The translations under genes and the position numbers were made by a program. DNA of 64,000 nt from an uncultured delta proteobacterium (GTDB lineage: Bacteria; Myxococcota; Kuafuiibacteriia; Kuafuiibacteriales; Kuafuiibacteriaceae). Of this stretch, positions 36,576 to 48,853 are shown one piece after another. The stretch covers positions 288,001-352,000 of the forward strand of contig CAWDML010000005.1 of assembly GCA_963803435.1 (NCBI GenBank), in the 5' to 3' direction. Below the pieces are notes generated by a model. That model searched no databases and was not told the origin of the DNA. It saw only the letters and a list, made by a program, of their open reading frames with translations. Numbering within the stretch: the first letter of the stretch is position 1; the number at the start of each line of letters is the position of its first letter.

Positions 36576-37688
36576 ATGACCCGGAGTGCTCAAATCGAAT
36601 ACGCAATCGGACAGCTCCTCATCGGGGGGTTCGAAGGTACGACAGTGCCCCGAGAGCTCACGTCGCTGGCCGAGCGTGGATATCTTGGGGGTGCGATCCT
36701 TTTCAATCGCAACTTCTCTTCGCTCGCCGCTGCGCGCGACCTCGTGTCGACCCTGCACGCGCTGCGTGCGCCTGTGCCCCTCCTCCTCGCCGTGGACCAG
36801 GAGGGTGGGCGCATCCAGACCCTCAGCCCACCCTTTCCCCAGCTCCCGTCGATGCGAGCGGTCGGGGAGGCGGCCCGGAAGAGCCTGGTGCATCGGATCG
36901 CGGGTCTGCTGGCGCGAGCTCTCCGAGTGGTCGGATTTCACCAGGACTATGCGCCGGTCCTCGACGTCGACAGCCGTCCGGACGACCCGGTGATCGGCGA
37001 CCGCGCCTTCTCTCGAGATCCGAACGTGGTGGCTCGTCTCGGGGCAGCCTTCGTCGACGGTCTCCAGTCCGACGGGATCGCCGCCTGCGGTAAGCACTTC
37101 CCGGGTCATGCGCTTCCTTTGCTCCCTCACGATCTCGGGCGGCTGATGCAGGTCGAGCTGGTGCCGTTCCGCGCCGCGATCCGCGCGGGTGTGGCGTCGA
37201 TCATGACCGCGCACGTCGTGTTTCCGGCGCTCGATCGGGACCTGGAGCCGCTCTTGCGCCGAGAGCTGGGCTTCGAGGGGGTGATCGTCGCCGACGACCT
37301 GGAGAAGGGCGCGATCGCCGCCCACTACGGCGTCGAGGATGCCGCCGTGCGCGCGCTCCGCGCCGGCTGCGATCAACTGATCCTTCCCGCGCCGCAGTCG
37401 ATCGCGCGGGCACACGAGGCGATCGTGCGGGCGGTGGAGCAGGGCGCGCTGTCCGCGGACCGGGTCTTCGCCTCGGCGGCGCGGGTCAATCGCCTCAAGG
37501 CGGCCTACGTGTACGGTCGGCCAGGTCCGGTCGAGGGCGACCTGGTCGCGCACCTCCCGACGTCAGAGCACGCGGCCCTACTCGAAGCCCTCGCCGCGGG
37601 ACCGAGGCCAGCCTCCCCGGACCCCGCCGAGGAGCAGGAGTTCGAGTTCGAGGGCGATCCGGACGAGCGCCTCGAGCTGGACGTCTGA
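36576..37688 (+). CDS. nagZ: GH3 beta-N-acetylhexosaminidase NagZ-like protein, catalytic loop missing
   Basis: DQEGGR, APVLDV, IGDRAFS, KHFPGH, IMTAHV, ADDL; the D-S-H loop after KHFPGH is absent. Confidence 0.8.
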   Translation: MTRSAQIEYAIGQLLIGGFEGTTVPRELTSLAERGYLGGAILFNRNFSSLAAARDLVSTLHALRAPVPLLLAVDQEGGRIQTLSPPFPQLPSMRAVGEAARKSLVHRIAGLLARALRVVGFHQDYAPVLDVDSRPDDPVIGDRAFSRDPNVVARLGAAFVDGLQSDGIAACGKHFPGHALPLLPHDLGRLMQVELVPFRAAIRAGVASIMTAHVVFPALDRDLEPLLRRELGFEGVIVADDLEKGAIAAHYGVEDAAVRALRAGCDQLILPAPQSIARAHEAIVRAVEQGALSADRVFASAARVNRLKAAYVYGRPGPVEGDLVAHLPTSEHAALLEALAAGPRPASPDPAEEQEFEFEGDPDERLELDV

Positions 37689-37754
37689 GGCGGAATACGA
37701 GCCTGGAACGGGGGTGTTGACCCCGGGGAGTCCCCGGAAGGAGGGTCGTGCTTC

Positions 37755-38108
37755 ATGGTCGCCTGGATCGTCGCCATTCTCCTCAAAGCTGCCGTCGTGG
37801 TGCTGATCGCGAAGCTCGTCCCCGGCGTGCGAGTGCGAGGATACAGCTCCGCCATCGGCGTCGCGCTCGTGTATGGGCTCTTGTCGTTCTTCCTCGGATG
37901 GATCCTCCGCGCGCTCGCGTTCCCACTGATCATCCTGACGTTCGGGCTCTTCGCCTTGGTGATCAACGGTCTTCTCTTGTGGCTCACCGACAAGATGCTC
38001 GAGAGCTTCGAGATCAAGGGTGGGAAGTCGCTCGCCCTGGCCACCGTCCTGATGACCGTCGGCTTCGTCCTCGTCGAGCTGATCGTTCGCCAATCCTTCG
38101 GGGTGTAG
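37755..38108 (+). CDS. 4-TM membrane protein (YvlD / 'phage holin family 4'-like)
   Basis: Four TM helices; PLIILTFGLFALVINGLLLWL motif. Confidence 0.85.
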   Translation: MVAWIVAILLKAAVVVLIAKLVPGVRVRGYSSAIGVALVYGLLSFFLGWILRALAFPLIILTFGLFALVINGLLLWLTDKMLESFEIKGGKSLALATVLMTVGFVLVELIVRQSFGV

Positions 38109-38148
38109 GTTTCTCCGTCGGCGGATCGGCGCTAGCCTCGGCGTCGGC

Positions 38149-39204
38149 GTGCCACGGGCATCGCTCGCTCTCGCTCTGTTCCTCGTCGTTGGCGCCTGCA
38201 AGAGTGCCGGCTCGCTCCCCCCTCCGCCCGAACCGCCCCCACCTCCGCCGCACGTCGAAGCCGAATCGATCTGCGCGCCCACCGGGGCGGCGTGCTTCAC
38301 CCGCGCCGAGTCCCGGGCCGAGACGGACGCGCGAGGCGCCGAGGCGGAGCTACGGATGTGCCTCACCTGCGTCGACGCTCCGCCCGCCAGCTACCAGCTC
38401 CTGGCGACCTTGCTCGGCGATCGCGGGGCGCAGGAGGAGGCGCGCGAGACGCTGCAGCTGGGGACCAAGCGCTTCCCGTCGAGCGTGCTGCTCCAGCAAT
38501 CGCTCGGTCGTCTCTCGCTCGCGATGGGCCGGCACCGCGAGGGCATCTCGGCGCTGGCCGAGGCCCACCGGCTCCGGCCCAACGACGAGGACATCGAGGC
38601 CGAATACGAGCTGGCGCTGGCTGCCCACGGCACCAAGGAGGATCGCATCGAGGCCGAGCTCCAGCCGCTCCTGCTCGAGGCGACCGGTCGCTACGAGATC
38701 GACGACAGCGCCGGTGCGATCGAGGTGCTCCAGACGGCGCTGGCGAAGACCGCCTCGGTGCCGCGCCTGCGCGCGCTCGTGCATCACCGGCTGGCGATGG
38801 TCCACCTCGGTGCCGGGCACCTGGCGCAGGCGAAGAAGCACCTGGAGGCGGCCATGCGCGCCGAGAAGGACCACACCGATCTCCGCGCCGAGGTCCTCGT
38901 CAGCTACGCCGAGGTCTTGCTCTCGGAGGGCAAGCTCGGCGACGCCGAGAAGGCGGCCAACGAGGCGATCGACATCGCGCCCAAGAACCCGCTCGCCTAC
39001 GCGAACCTCGCGATCGCCCGCTCGCTCGCGGGCAACCGCGACGGCGCGATCTCGGCGTTCGAGAAGGCGTTCGACAGCGGTCTGGCGCGCCGGCTCACGC
39101 TTCACGACTTCATGGCGATCGGCAAGCCGATCGACGCGCTCAAGGCTCACCCCGGCTTCGCCGAGATGGTGAAGCGCGCCTATCCGTCGGAGTACAAGCC
39201 TTAG
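38149..39204 (+). CDS. Tetratricopeptide-repeat lipoprotein
   Basis: Lipobox VGAC, Pro-rich linker, TPR helices (PKNPLAYANLA). Confidence 0.8.
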   Translation: MPRASLALALFLVVGACKSAGSLPPPPEPPPPPPHVEAESICAPTGAACFTRAESRAETDARGAEAELRMCLTCVDAPPASYQLLATLLGDRGAQEEARETLQLGTKRFPSSVLLQQSLGRLSLAMGRHREGISALAEAHRLRPNDEDIEAEYELALAAHGTKEDRIEAELQPLLLEATGRYEIDDSAGAIEVLQTALAKTASVPRLRALVHHRLAMVHLGAGHLAQAKKHLEAAMRAEKDHTDLRAEVLVSYAEVLLSEGKLGDAEKAANEAIDIAPKNPLAYANLAIARSLAGNRDGAISAFEKAFDSGLARRLTLHDFMAIGKPIDALKAHPGFAEMVKRAYPSEYKP

Positions 39205-39250
39205 CTAAGAGCCGGTCCAGAAACCGTTCCGTTCGCAGTTTGCTGTTTCG

Positions 39251-40437
39251 GTGCGCCGCGAAGCGGCGTCGTTCCTAGCAGGATGAGAGGAGCCTGCCCT
39301 GATAGTAATCGAGCAGTCAGGTAGCCAGATCCCCTGCGTGGCGCCGCGAGGTGCCCAGCAGAAGCGGGATCAGAACGGTCACGGGCGGCAATCCGTGGCT
39401 GCGAAGTGGCGGGCCGCAGCGCGAAGCGAACCCAGCCGTAGCCTGGTAAGGATATGGAGAGGCCGAGCCCCTCGGAACAGGGCGAAGGCAGGACGGACGT
39501 GAACAGCGGCTCGATGCGCGAAGCGTTCCGCTCTCCCGGGGTAACAGGGGCAGCACGCCACGAAAGGAAGACGTTGAACGCGGGAGACCTCGACCGGCGC
39601 GGATGGCCACCGCAGCGCACGCACAAGGCCGCAAGCCGAGGCGCCCGGGCCGGCGAGGAGTCGGACGAGTCCGTAGTACCTGAGAAGGCAGTGAAAACCG
39701 CTGGAGGGAAGGGGCTCTACTTGTCGATGCCACCCATTGCCGCGAAGGACGGGGGATTGCGATCACGCTAGAAACTCCTTCGAAGATCCGGGAGCTGCAA
39801 AGGGCGCTGTACCGACGGGCCAAGAAGGAGCCGAAGTTCCGCTTCTACGCGCTCTACGACAAGGTCTACCGTCCGGACATCCTGGCGCATGCCTACGCGT
39901 TGGCAAGAGCCAACCGAGGCGCGCCCGGGCCCGACGGCGAGACCTTCGAGGAGATCGAACAGAGCGGAAAGACGGCGCTGCTGGATGAGCTGCACAATGC
40001 GCTGAAGAACAAGACGTATCGCCCGGGACCAGTCCGCCGAGTGAACATCCCAAAACCTGACGGCGGTGAGAGGCCGTTGGGCATCCCGAATATTCGAGAT
40101 CGCATCGTCCAGGGAGCAGCCAAGCTGATCCTGGAGCCGATCTTCGAAGCGGATTACGACGACGCGTCGTTCGGATTCCGTCCACGAAGAGGTGCGCACC
40201 AAGCGCTCGATGCGATCGGCGAAGCCTTCGACGAAGGGATGTGTTGGGTGATCGACGCCGACATCACGGCCTACTTCCACACGATCCCTCACGACCACCT
40301 GATGAAGGCTGTCGCGGAGCGCGTCGTCGACGGTCCAATGCTGGCGCTGATCAAGATGTTCCTCGAAGCACCCATCGTAGCGAGCGATGACTCGCGCCCA
40401 CGGCGGAACCGCAAGGGGACGCCGCAGGGAGGTGTGA
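39251..40437 (+). mobile_element. 3'-truncated group II intron
   Basis: GTGCG at 39251, ~500 nt of structured leader including AGTCGGACGAGTCCGTAGTACC...GGAGGGAAGGGGCTC, then RT ORF; no domain V/VI seen. Confidence 0.8.
39756..40437 (+). pseudogene. ltrA: Group II intron reverse transcriptase/maturase, truncated after RT4
   Basis: KIRELQRALYRRAK..RFYALYDK, GAPGPDG, IPKPDGGERPLGIP, SFGFRP, DADITAYF, GTPQGGV; YADD and X domain missing. Confidence 0.9.
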
Positions 40438-41300
40438 CTAAGTCCAGGACGCGCGGATCAGGTACGCCGCCGAGTAGATCCGACGGTCGTCCGAGACATA
40501 CCGCGACTCGAGCGCACTGGCCTCGACGATCTCGACGAGCTCGAGGCCCAGCCGCGCGAGGAAGGCGCCGACGTCCTCGGGGTGGATGCCGAACGTGATG
40601 GGCTCACCGAGGAAGTAGAGAAGGTTGGCGCCGGCCCGATGGGCCGCAGCGGTGAGGCCGGGGTCGTCGAGCAGGTACCAGAAGTCCATCGTCAGCTCGG
40701 AGCCGGGGGCGCCCAGCGCGCGGAGCGTCGACAGCGTCGACTTCACGGCGCTGCGGGTGAGGTACATCGAGACGCCCTCCCAGATGAAGAAGGTGGGTCG
40801 GCCGCGCCGGAAGCCGGCGGCGTCCAGGACGTCCTCGATCTTCTGGCTCAGGAAGTCGATCTCCACCCGGCGCACGTCGGCCCGCGGGAGGAGGTCAGCC
40901 TTCTCCGCGGCGATCTGCGCCTTGCGGCGGCTGGTCGCGGGGAAGTCGAGCTCAAAGACGGGACGGCCGCCGAGGAGCGCGGCGAATCGGTTCGCCCGGG
41001 TGTCGTAGCCGGCGCCGAGGAGCACGACCTGCTCGACCTCGGAGTCTCGAAGGGCGCGCTCGAGGGCGTCGTCGATGTAGCGGTGCCGCGCCAGCACGTA
41101 GGCGATCAGCCCCGGTGAGAACTCCTCGGCCAGCTCGCCCAGGCGCCCGGTCGCCTCCAGCGCGGCCAGGGCCGCCCGGAACAGCGGTCCGAGGAACAGC
41201 CGCGCGTAGGGATCGTCGACGATCCGCGACGCCTCGGACCGCCGCTGATCGGAGGCGCGGAACAGGCAGACCGCCTCGGCCGTCCGGCTCGGATCGTTTC

Positions 41301-41304
<4 letters not shown>
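40438..41304 (-). CDS. SAM-dependent methyltransferase (LCM/TIGR00027-like)
   Basis: SRTAE..RA..DPYA, QVVLLGAGYDTR, FELDFP, WEGVSMYL; GTGA overlap with upstream gene. Confidence 0.9.
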
Positions 41305-44957
<3,653 letters not shown>

Positions 44958-45009
44958 GCGGACCATCCTAGAGCAGAAGCACCCGACGCGGTCGAGGTGG
45001 TCGAAGCGC

Positions 45010-46593
45010 CTACCGGCCGGCGCCGAAGCGCCGGAGCTCGACCGAGAGATCGTGCTGCAGCGCGGTGAGCTGCCGGGCCACCTGGTCTCGCTCGGCGTCG
45101 GTCTTGAGCGACGCCGGCAGCGGGATCGCCACGTGGCGGAGGCGGAAGGAGGCGGCAGCCATGTTCCCGCGCTTCTCTGCCAGCCGCTCGATCATCTTGC
45201 CCACCCGCCGGTAGCTCGCCGCCAGCGCGGCGGGCTCCGGGGTGATGCGCGTCTTCGTCTCGACATCGCTCGAGAGCGGCATCAATCGATCGTGAGAGGG
45301 ATGCGCGTCGGCTGCGCGTGTCCGCCGTCGCTTCGAGCGGCGGGCGATCCGCTTCGAGCGGACCGGCGGCGGCGGCGGCGCGGGCGGCGGGGCGACCTCG
45401 AGCTCCGGCGCGGGCGGAAGGGGCGGCGGAAGCAACGCCTGGACCGCCGGAGGAGCCGGCGGCGGCTCCGACTCGGTGCCGAGCGTGACCACCGCGAGGC
45501 CCGCGACCAGCAGCCCCACAGCTGCTCCGGCGCCGGCAATCCAAGGCCAGCGCGAGTCCGTCGCGCGCCTCTCGACGACCTCCGACCGCCGCCTCGGCGC
45601 CGGCTCGCTCCGGCTCCCCAGGTCCGGGAGCGGCGTCAATGCCGGCGCCGAGCCGACGAGCTCCCGGCGGCTGGGCAGCGTATTGAGCGCCTCGATCAAT
45701 CCTTGTGCGCTGGCGAAGCGATCGTCCGGGTGCCTCGCCAGCAGCCGCATCACGATCTGCTCCAGCTCCGGCGACACCACCGCGTTGGGGTTGATGTCGG
45801 TGAGCCGCGGCATCGGATGGCTGATCGTCCTCTGAATGATCTCGAACGCGTTGCCCTCGAAGGGCCCCCGCCCGGTCAGCATGTGGAACAGGACGATCCC
45901 GAGGCTGAATAGATCCGAGCGCGCGTCGACGCTGTCGCCGAAGGCCTGCTCCGGCGACATGAACGCCGGCGTCCCGACGATCACCCCGGCGCGGGTGAGA
46001 CGAGGATCGCGCCCGTTGGGCAAGAGCGCGATCCCGAAGTCCACGATCTTCGGAACCTCGACGTCGCGGTCGTGAACGACGACGACGTTCTCCAGCTTCA
46101 GGTCTCGATGGATGAGCCCGCGCGCGTGGAGGTGGCGCATGCCGCGGCAGAGATCGTGGGTGATGCGGACGGCGCGCTCCTCGTCGAACGTGCCCTCCTC
46201 GCGGAGGATCCGATCGAGCGTGCGGCCCTCGATGTACTCCATCACCAGGTAAAGCAGCCCGAGATCGCTCTCGCCGAAGTCGACCACCGACACCAGGTTG
46301 CGGTGCTCGAGCCGGCTCGCTGCCTCTGCCTCCTGCGCGAAGCGCGCGCGCATCGGCCCCTGAGCGGCGAGCTCGCCGAACAGGATCTTCACCGCGAAGC
46401 GGCGGCTCATGCGCACGTGATGGGCGAGATAGACGCGGCCCATGGCGCCCTCGCTGACCAGGCGCTCGATGCGGTACCGGCCCGCCAGGACGGTGCCGAG
46501 GATCGGGTCTTCGGCCGCCGGGGCCAGGACCGCGCCGTCGCGGGGACAGCGATGGAAGCCGCTCCGGTAGGTGGCGCGGCAGACGGAGCACAC
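45010..46593 (-). CDS. Ser/Thr protein kinase with N-terminal Zn-ribbon and TM segment
   Basis: CSVC...CPRDG; GAMGRVY, HRDLKLEN, DFG, GTPAFMSPEQ. Confidence 0.93.
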   Translation of the reverse strand: MCSVCRATYRSGFHRCPRDGAVLAPAAEDPILGTVLAGRYRIERLVSEGAMGRVYLAHHVRMSRRFAVKILFGELAAQGPMRARFAQEAEAASRLEHRNLVSVVDFGESDLGLLYLVMEYIEGRTLDRILREEGTFDEERAVRITHDLCRGMRHLHARGLIHRDLKLENVVVVHDRDVEVPKIVDFGIALLPNGRDPRLTRAGVIVGTPAFMSPEQAFGDSVDARSDLFSLGIVLFHMLTGRGPFEGNAFEIIQRTISHPMPRLTDINPNAVVSPELEQIVMRLLARHPDDRFASAQGLIEALNTLPSRRELVGSAPALTPLPDLGSRSEPAPRRRSEVVERRATDSRWPWIAGAGAAVGLLVAGLAVVTLGTESEPPPAPPAVQALLPPPLPPAPELEVAPPPAPPPPPVRSKRIARRSKRRRTRAADAHPSHDRLMPLSSDVETKTRITPEPAALAASYRRVGKMIERLAEKRGNMAAASFRLRHVAIPLPASLKTDAERDQVARQLTALQHDLSVELRRFGAGR

Positions 46594-46653
46594 CAGCGGC
46601 TCCGCGCTCTGGATTGCGGGAAGGCTCAGCGCCCCAATCTTAGGAGACCCGGC

Positions 46654-48849
46654 TCACGGTGTCACGGTGAGCGGGACGGTGATGGTCCAGCCGGAGGCGC
46701 CGTTCGCCTCGGTGAGCACGAACGTCGACTGGTACACGCCGGCGCTGTCAGAGGCGTCGGGAGCCAGGAGGTCGGCGAGGACGGCGCCCGTGACGCGATG
46801 GCTCGCGCCCAGGTTGCTCCCGGGGAACGGCGGATACTGGTTGTAGCCGGGGAGCTCGAAGGCATCGCCGTCGTACCAGGGCATGCCATCCTTCACTACG
46901 TCGTATTCCATCGTCATCGGGAACAGCGAGGTCGGGAGCACGGGCCCGGAGGCGAAGTCGTACGAGGGCTCGACGGGTGCGCCCGGGCCTGGCTTCAGCA
47001 CGAACAGGATCAGGATCGCGTTGTCCGCGTCGAACTCGGCTCGCGTGAACGACGTTCCCGAGGTGTATCCGGCGACCGCGGTCAGGGCGGACAGGACGCC
47101 GTCGTACTCGCGATCGAGCGCGTCGAACGGCTGGAAGATCGGATGCACTGTGGCCGGATCGCCGATGAAGCCCGCGCCCGTGTAAGCCGGGAGGAAGAGA
47201 TCGTTGAAGGTCTGATCGAGGAAGCGGAACGGCGGGTTCGTGTTGCCGTTGCCGATGAGGATGCTGATCTGCACCACGTCGACCACGGTCCAGGCTGGGT
47301 TGCCGAACGGCGTGCGGGTCACGCCCGGCAGGGGCGACTCGGGGCCACTCACCTCGACGGTCAGCGCGTACTGACCGGTGCCCGCCGCCGCGGTGGTGCT
47401 GCCGCGGACGAACAGGTAGTAGGTGCCGGCGGCGAGATCGTCGGCCCAGGACTGCGAGGCCGGGTGGATCCTCGAGCAGGGCGCGATGTCGGGGACGGGC
47501 GTGTCATCGATGCTGCCGATCCGGGTCGTTCCGTCCGAGTCGTAGAGATCGAGGACCGTGTCGAAGCTGCAGTTGGTGCCATCCCAGCCCGCGATCGCGT
47601 GGATGCGCGCGCCCTGCGGCACCATGACCGAGTAGACGTCCACGTCGCCGGCGGTGATGGTCCCGCGCACCGGCAGGCCATCGCCGGCGAGCCCGATCGA
47701 GGTGGCCGCCGTGTCGTTCGGCTCGACGTCGTTGAAGCCCGAGAGGATCTGCTTGGTCTGACGGGCGTCGCCGACCGAGTTCGTCGCGATCAGCAGGACG
47801 CTGGCGGTACCGCCGCTGACCGAGAAGTCGTAGCTGCCCGACGCCGTCCCCGGGAAGCCGGCGACCGGCTGGTTGTTCACGCGAAGCATGGTGGTATCGG
47901 TGTTGGTGGTGGACCACACGACCGTCGCCACGGTCGAGGCCTCGGTGTACTCGGGCGGCGTGAGATCGAACTGATCGATGATCGGGACCTCGAGCCCGCT
48001 CACCGTGATCATCTGCTCGGTCATCATCTGGGTCTGGGTTCGCGCCTGCAGCAGGAACGCGGTCGAGGGTGCGCTGATGGTGCGCGTCACGCTGCCGTGC
48101 CCGTCGGCGCCGAGCGTGTTCCAGGGCCGGACCACGACGCCGTCCTGAAGCACCTGGACCTCATATGCGCCCACCGTCTCCCAGCTGAGCGTGGTGAGGC
48201 CCCCGATCGCCACCGGATCCGGGCGGGCGGTGAAGCCGATGATCTGCGGCGGCACGTCCGCCACCATCACCGTCACGGTCTTCTCGTCGGTGCCCGACTC
48301 GGCGGTCACGTTGAGCGTGTACGTGCTGGTGATCTTCGGCGTCACGTCGAAGGAGCCGGTCGGATCCGCAGCGGAGAAGAGCTGACTTCCGTCGGGACCT
48401 TTGAGCGTCACGTCGGTCGGAGCATCGCCGCCGATCGTCCACTCGAGCGTGCTGGTCTGGTCGGGATCGATCGTGTTGGGCGTGGCGGTGAAGCTCTGGA
48501 TCCGGATGCCGCGCACGTCGACGCGGATCGCGGTGGAGCTCTGTCGCGAACCGTCCGTGCCCGTCGCGCTGAGCTGGAACGTGGTGGGCTCGAACAGCGC
48601 CGCGGTGGTGACGGTCCCGCTCCCGCCCTCGACGTTGGGGAGCGGGTTACCGGGCGGAGTCGCCACGATCTGCACGGTCGCGGCGTTGTTGACCTCCCAG
48701 GCCAACGTCACCGTCTCGCCGGCGCGGATCTGGCTCGCGCCTCCCGAGACCTCGAACTTCACGATCTCGACGGGGAGGATCGGTTCCTCCTTCTTGCAGC
48801 CGGCGACCATGCCGAACCAGAGAGGGAGGAGGAGTAGGAGCTGTCGCAT
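46654..48849 (-). CDS. Surface lipoprotein with Ig-like repeats and PPC-like domain
   Basis: Lipobox VAGC; FTAxP...TLxW repeats; VEPNDT...GDVDVY. Confidence 0.8.
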   Translation of the reverse strand: MRQLLLLLPLWFGMVAGCKKEEPILPVEIVKFEVSGGASQIRAGETVTLAWEVNNAATVQIVATPPGNPLPNVEGGSGTVTTAALFEPTTFQLSATGTDGSRQSSTAIRVDVRGIRIQSFTATPNTIDPDQTSTLEWTIGGDAPTDVTLKGPDGSQLFSAADPTGSFDVTPKITSTYTLNVTAESGTDEKTVTVMVADVPPQIIGFTARPDPVAIGGLTTLSWETVGAYEVQVLQDGVVVRPWNTLGADGHGSVTRTISAPSTAFLLQARTQTQMMTEQMITVSGLEVPIIDQFDLTPPEYTEASTVATVVWSTTNTDTTMLRVNNQPVAGFPGTASGSYDFSVSGGTASVLLIATNSVGDARQTKQILSGFNDVEPNDTAATSIGLAGDGLPVRGTITAGDVDVYSVMVPQGARIHAIAGWDGTNCSFDTVLDLYDSDGTTRIGSIDDTPVPDIAPCSRIHPASQSWADDLAAGTYYLFVRGSTTAAAGTGQYALTVEVSGPESPLPGVTRTPFGNPAWTVVDVVQISILIGNGNTNPPFRFLDQTFNDLFLPAYTGAGFIGDPATVHPIFQPFDALDREYDGVLSALTAVAGYTSGTSFTRAEFDADNAILILFVLKPGPGAPVEPSYDFASGPVLPTSLFPMTMEYDVVKDGMPWYDGDAFELPGYNQYPPFPGSNLGASHRVTGAVLADLLAPDASDSAGVYQSTFVLTEANGASGWTITVPLTVTP

Positions 48850-48853
48850 CGGA

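Noticed and set aside
37689-37754. Short hairpins (GGGG-TGTTGA-CCCC; CCGGGGAGTCCCCGG) as a riboswitch or sRNA
   Set aside because: Too short and GC-rich to distinguish from chance; no known consensus recognised
37755-38108. Holin indicating a prophage
   Set aside because: This family is commonly chromosomal and no phage genes are nearby
39205-39250. attC site or terminator as a IIC-intron target
   Set aside because: No convincing RYYYAAC/GTTRRRY pair or stem plus U-tract
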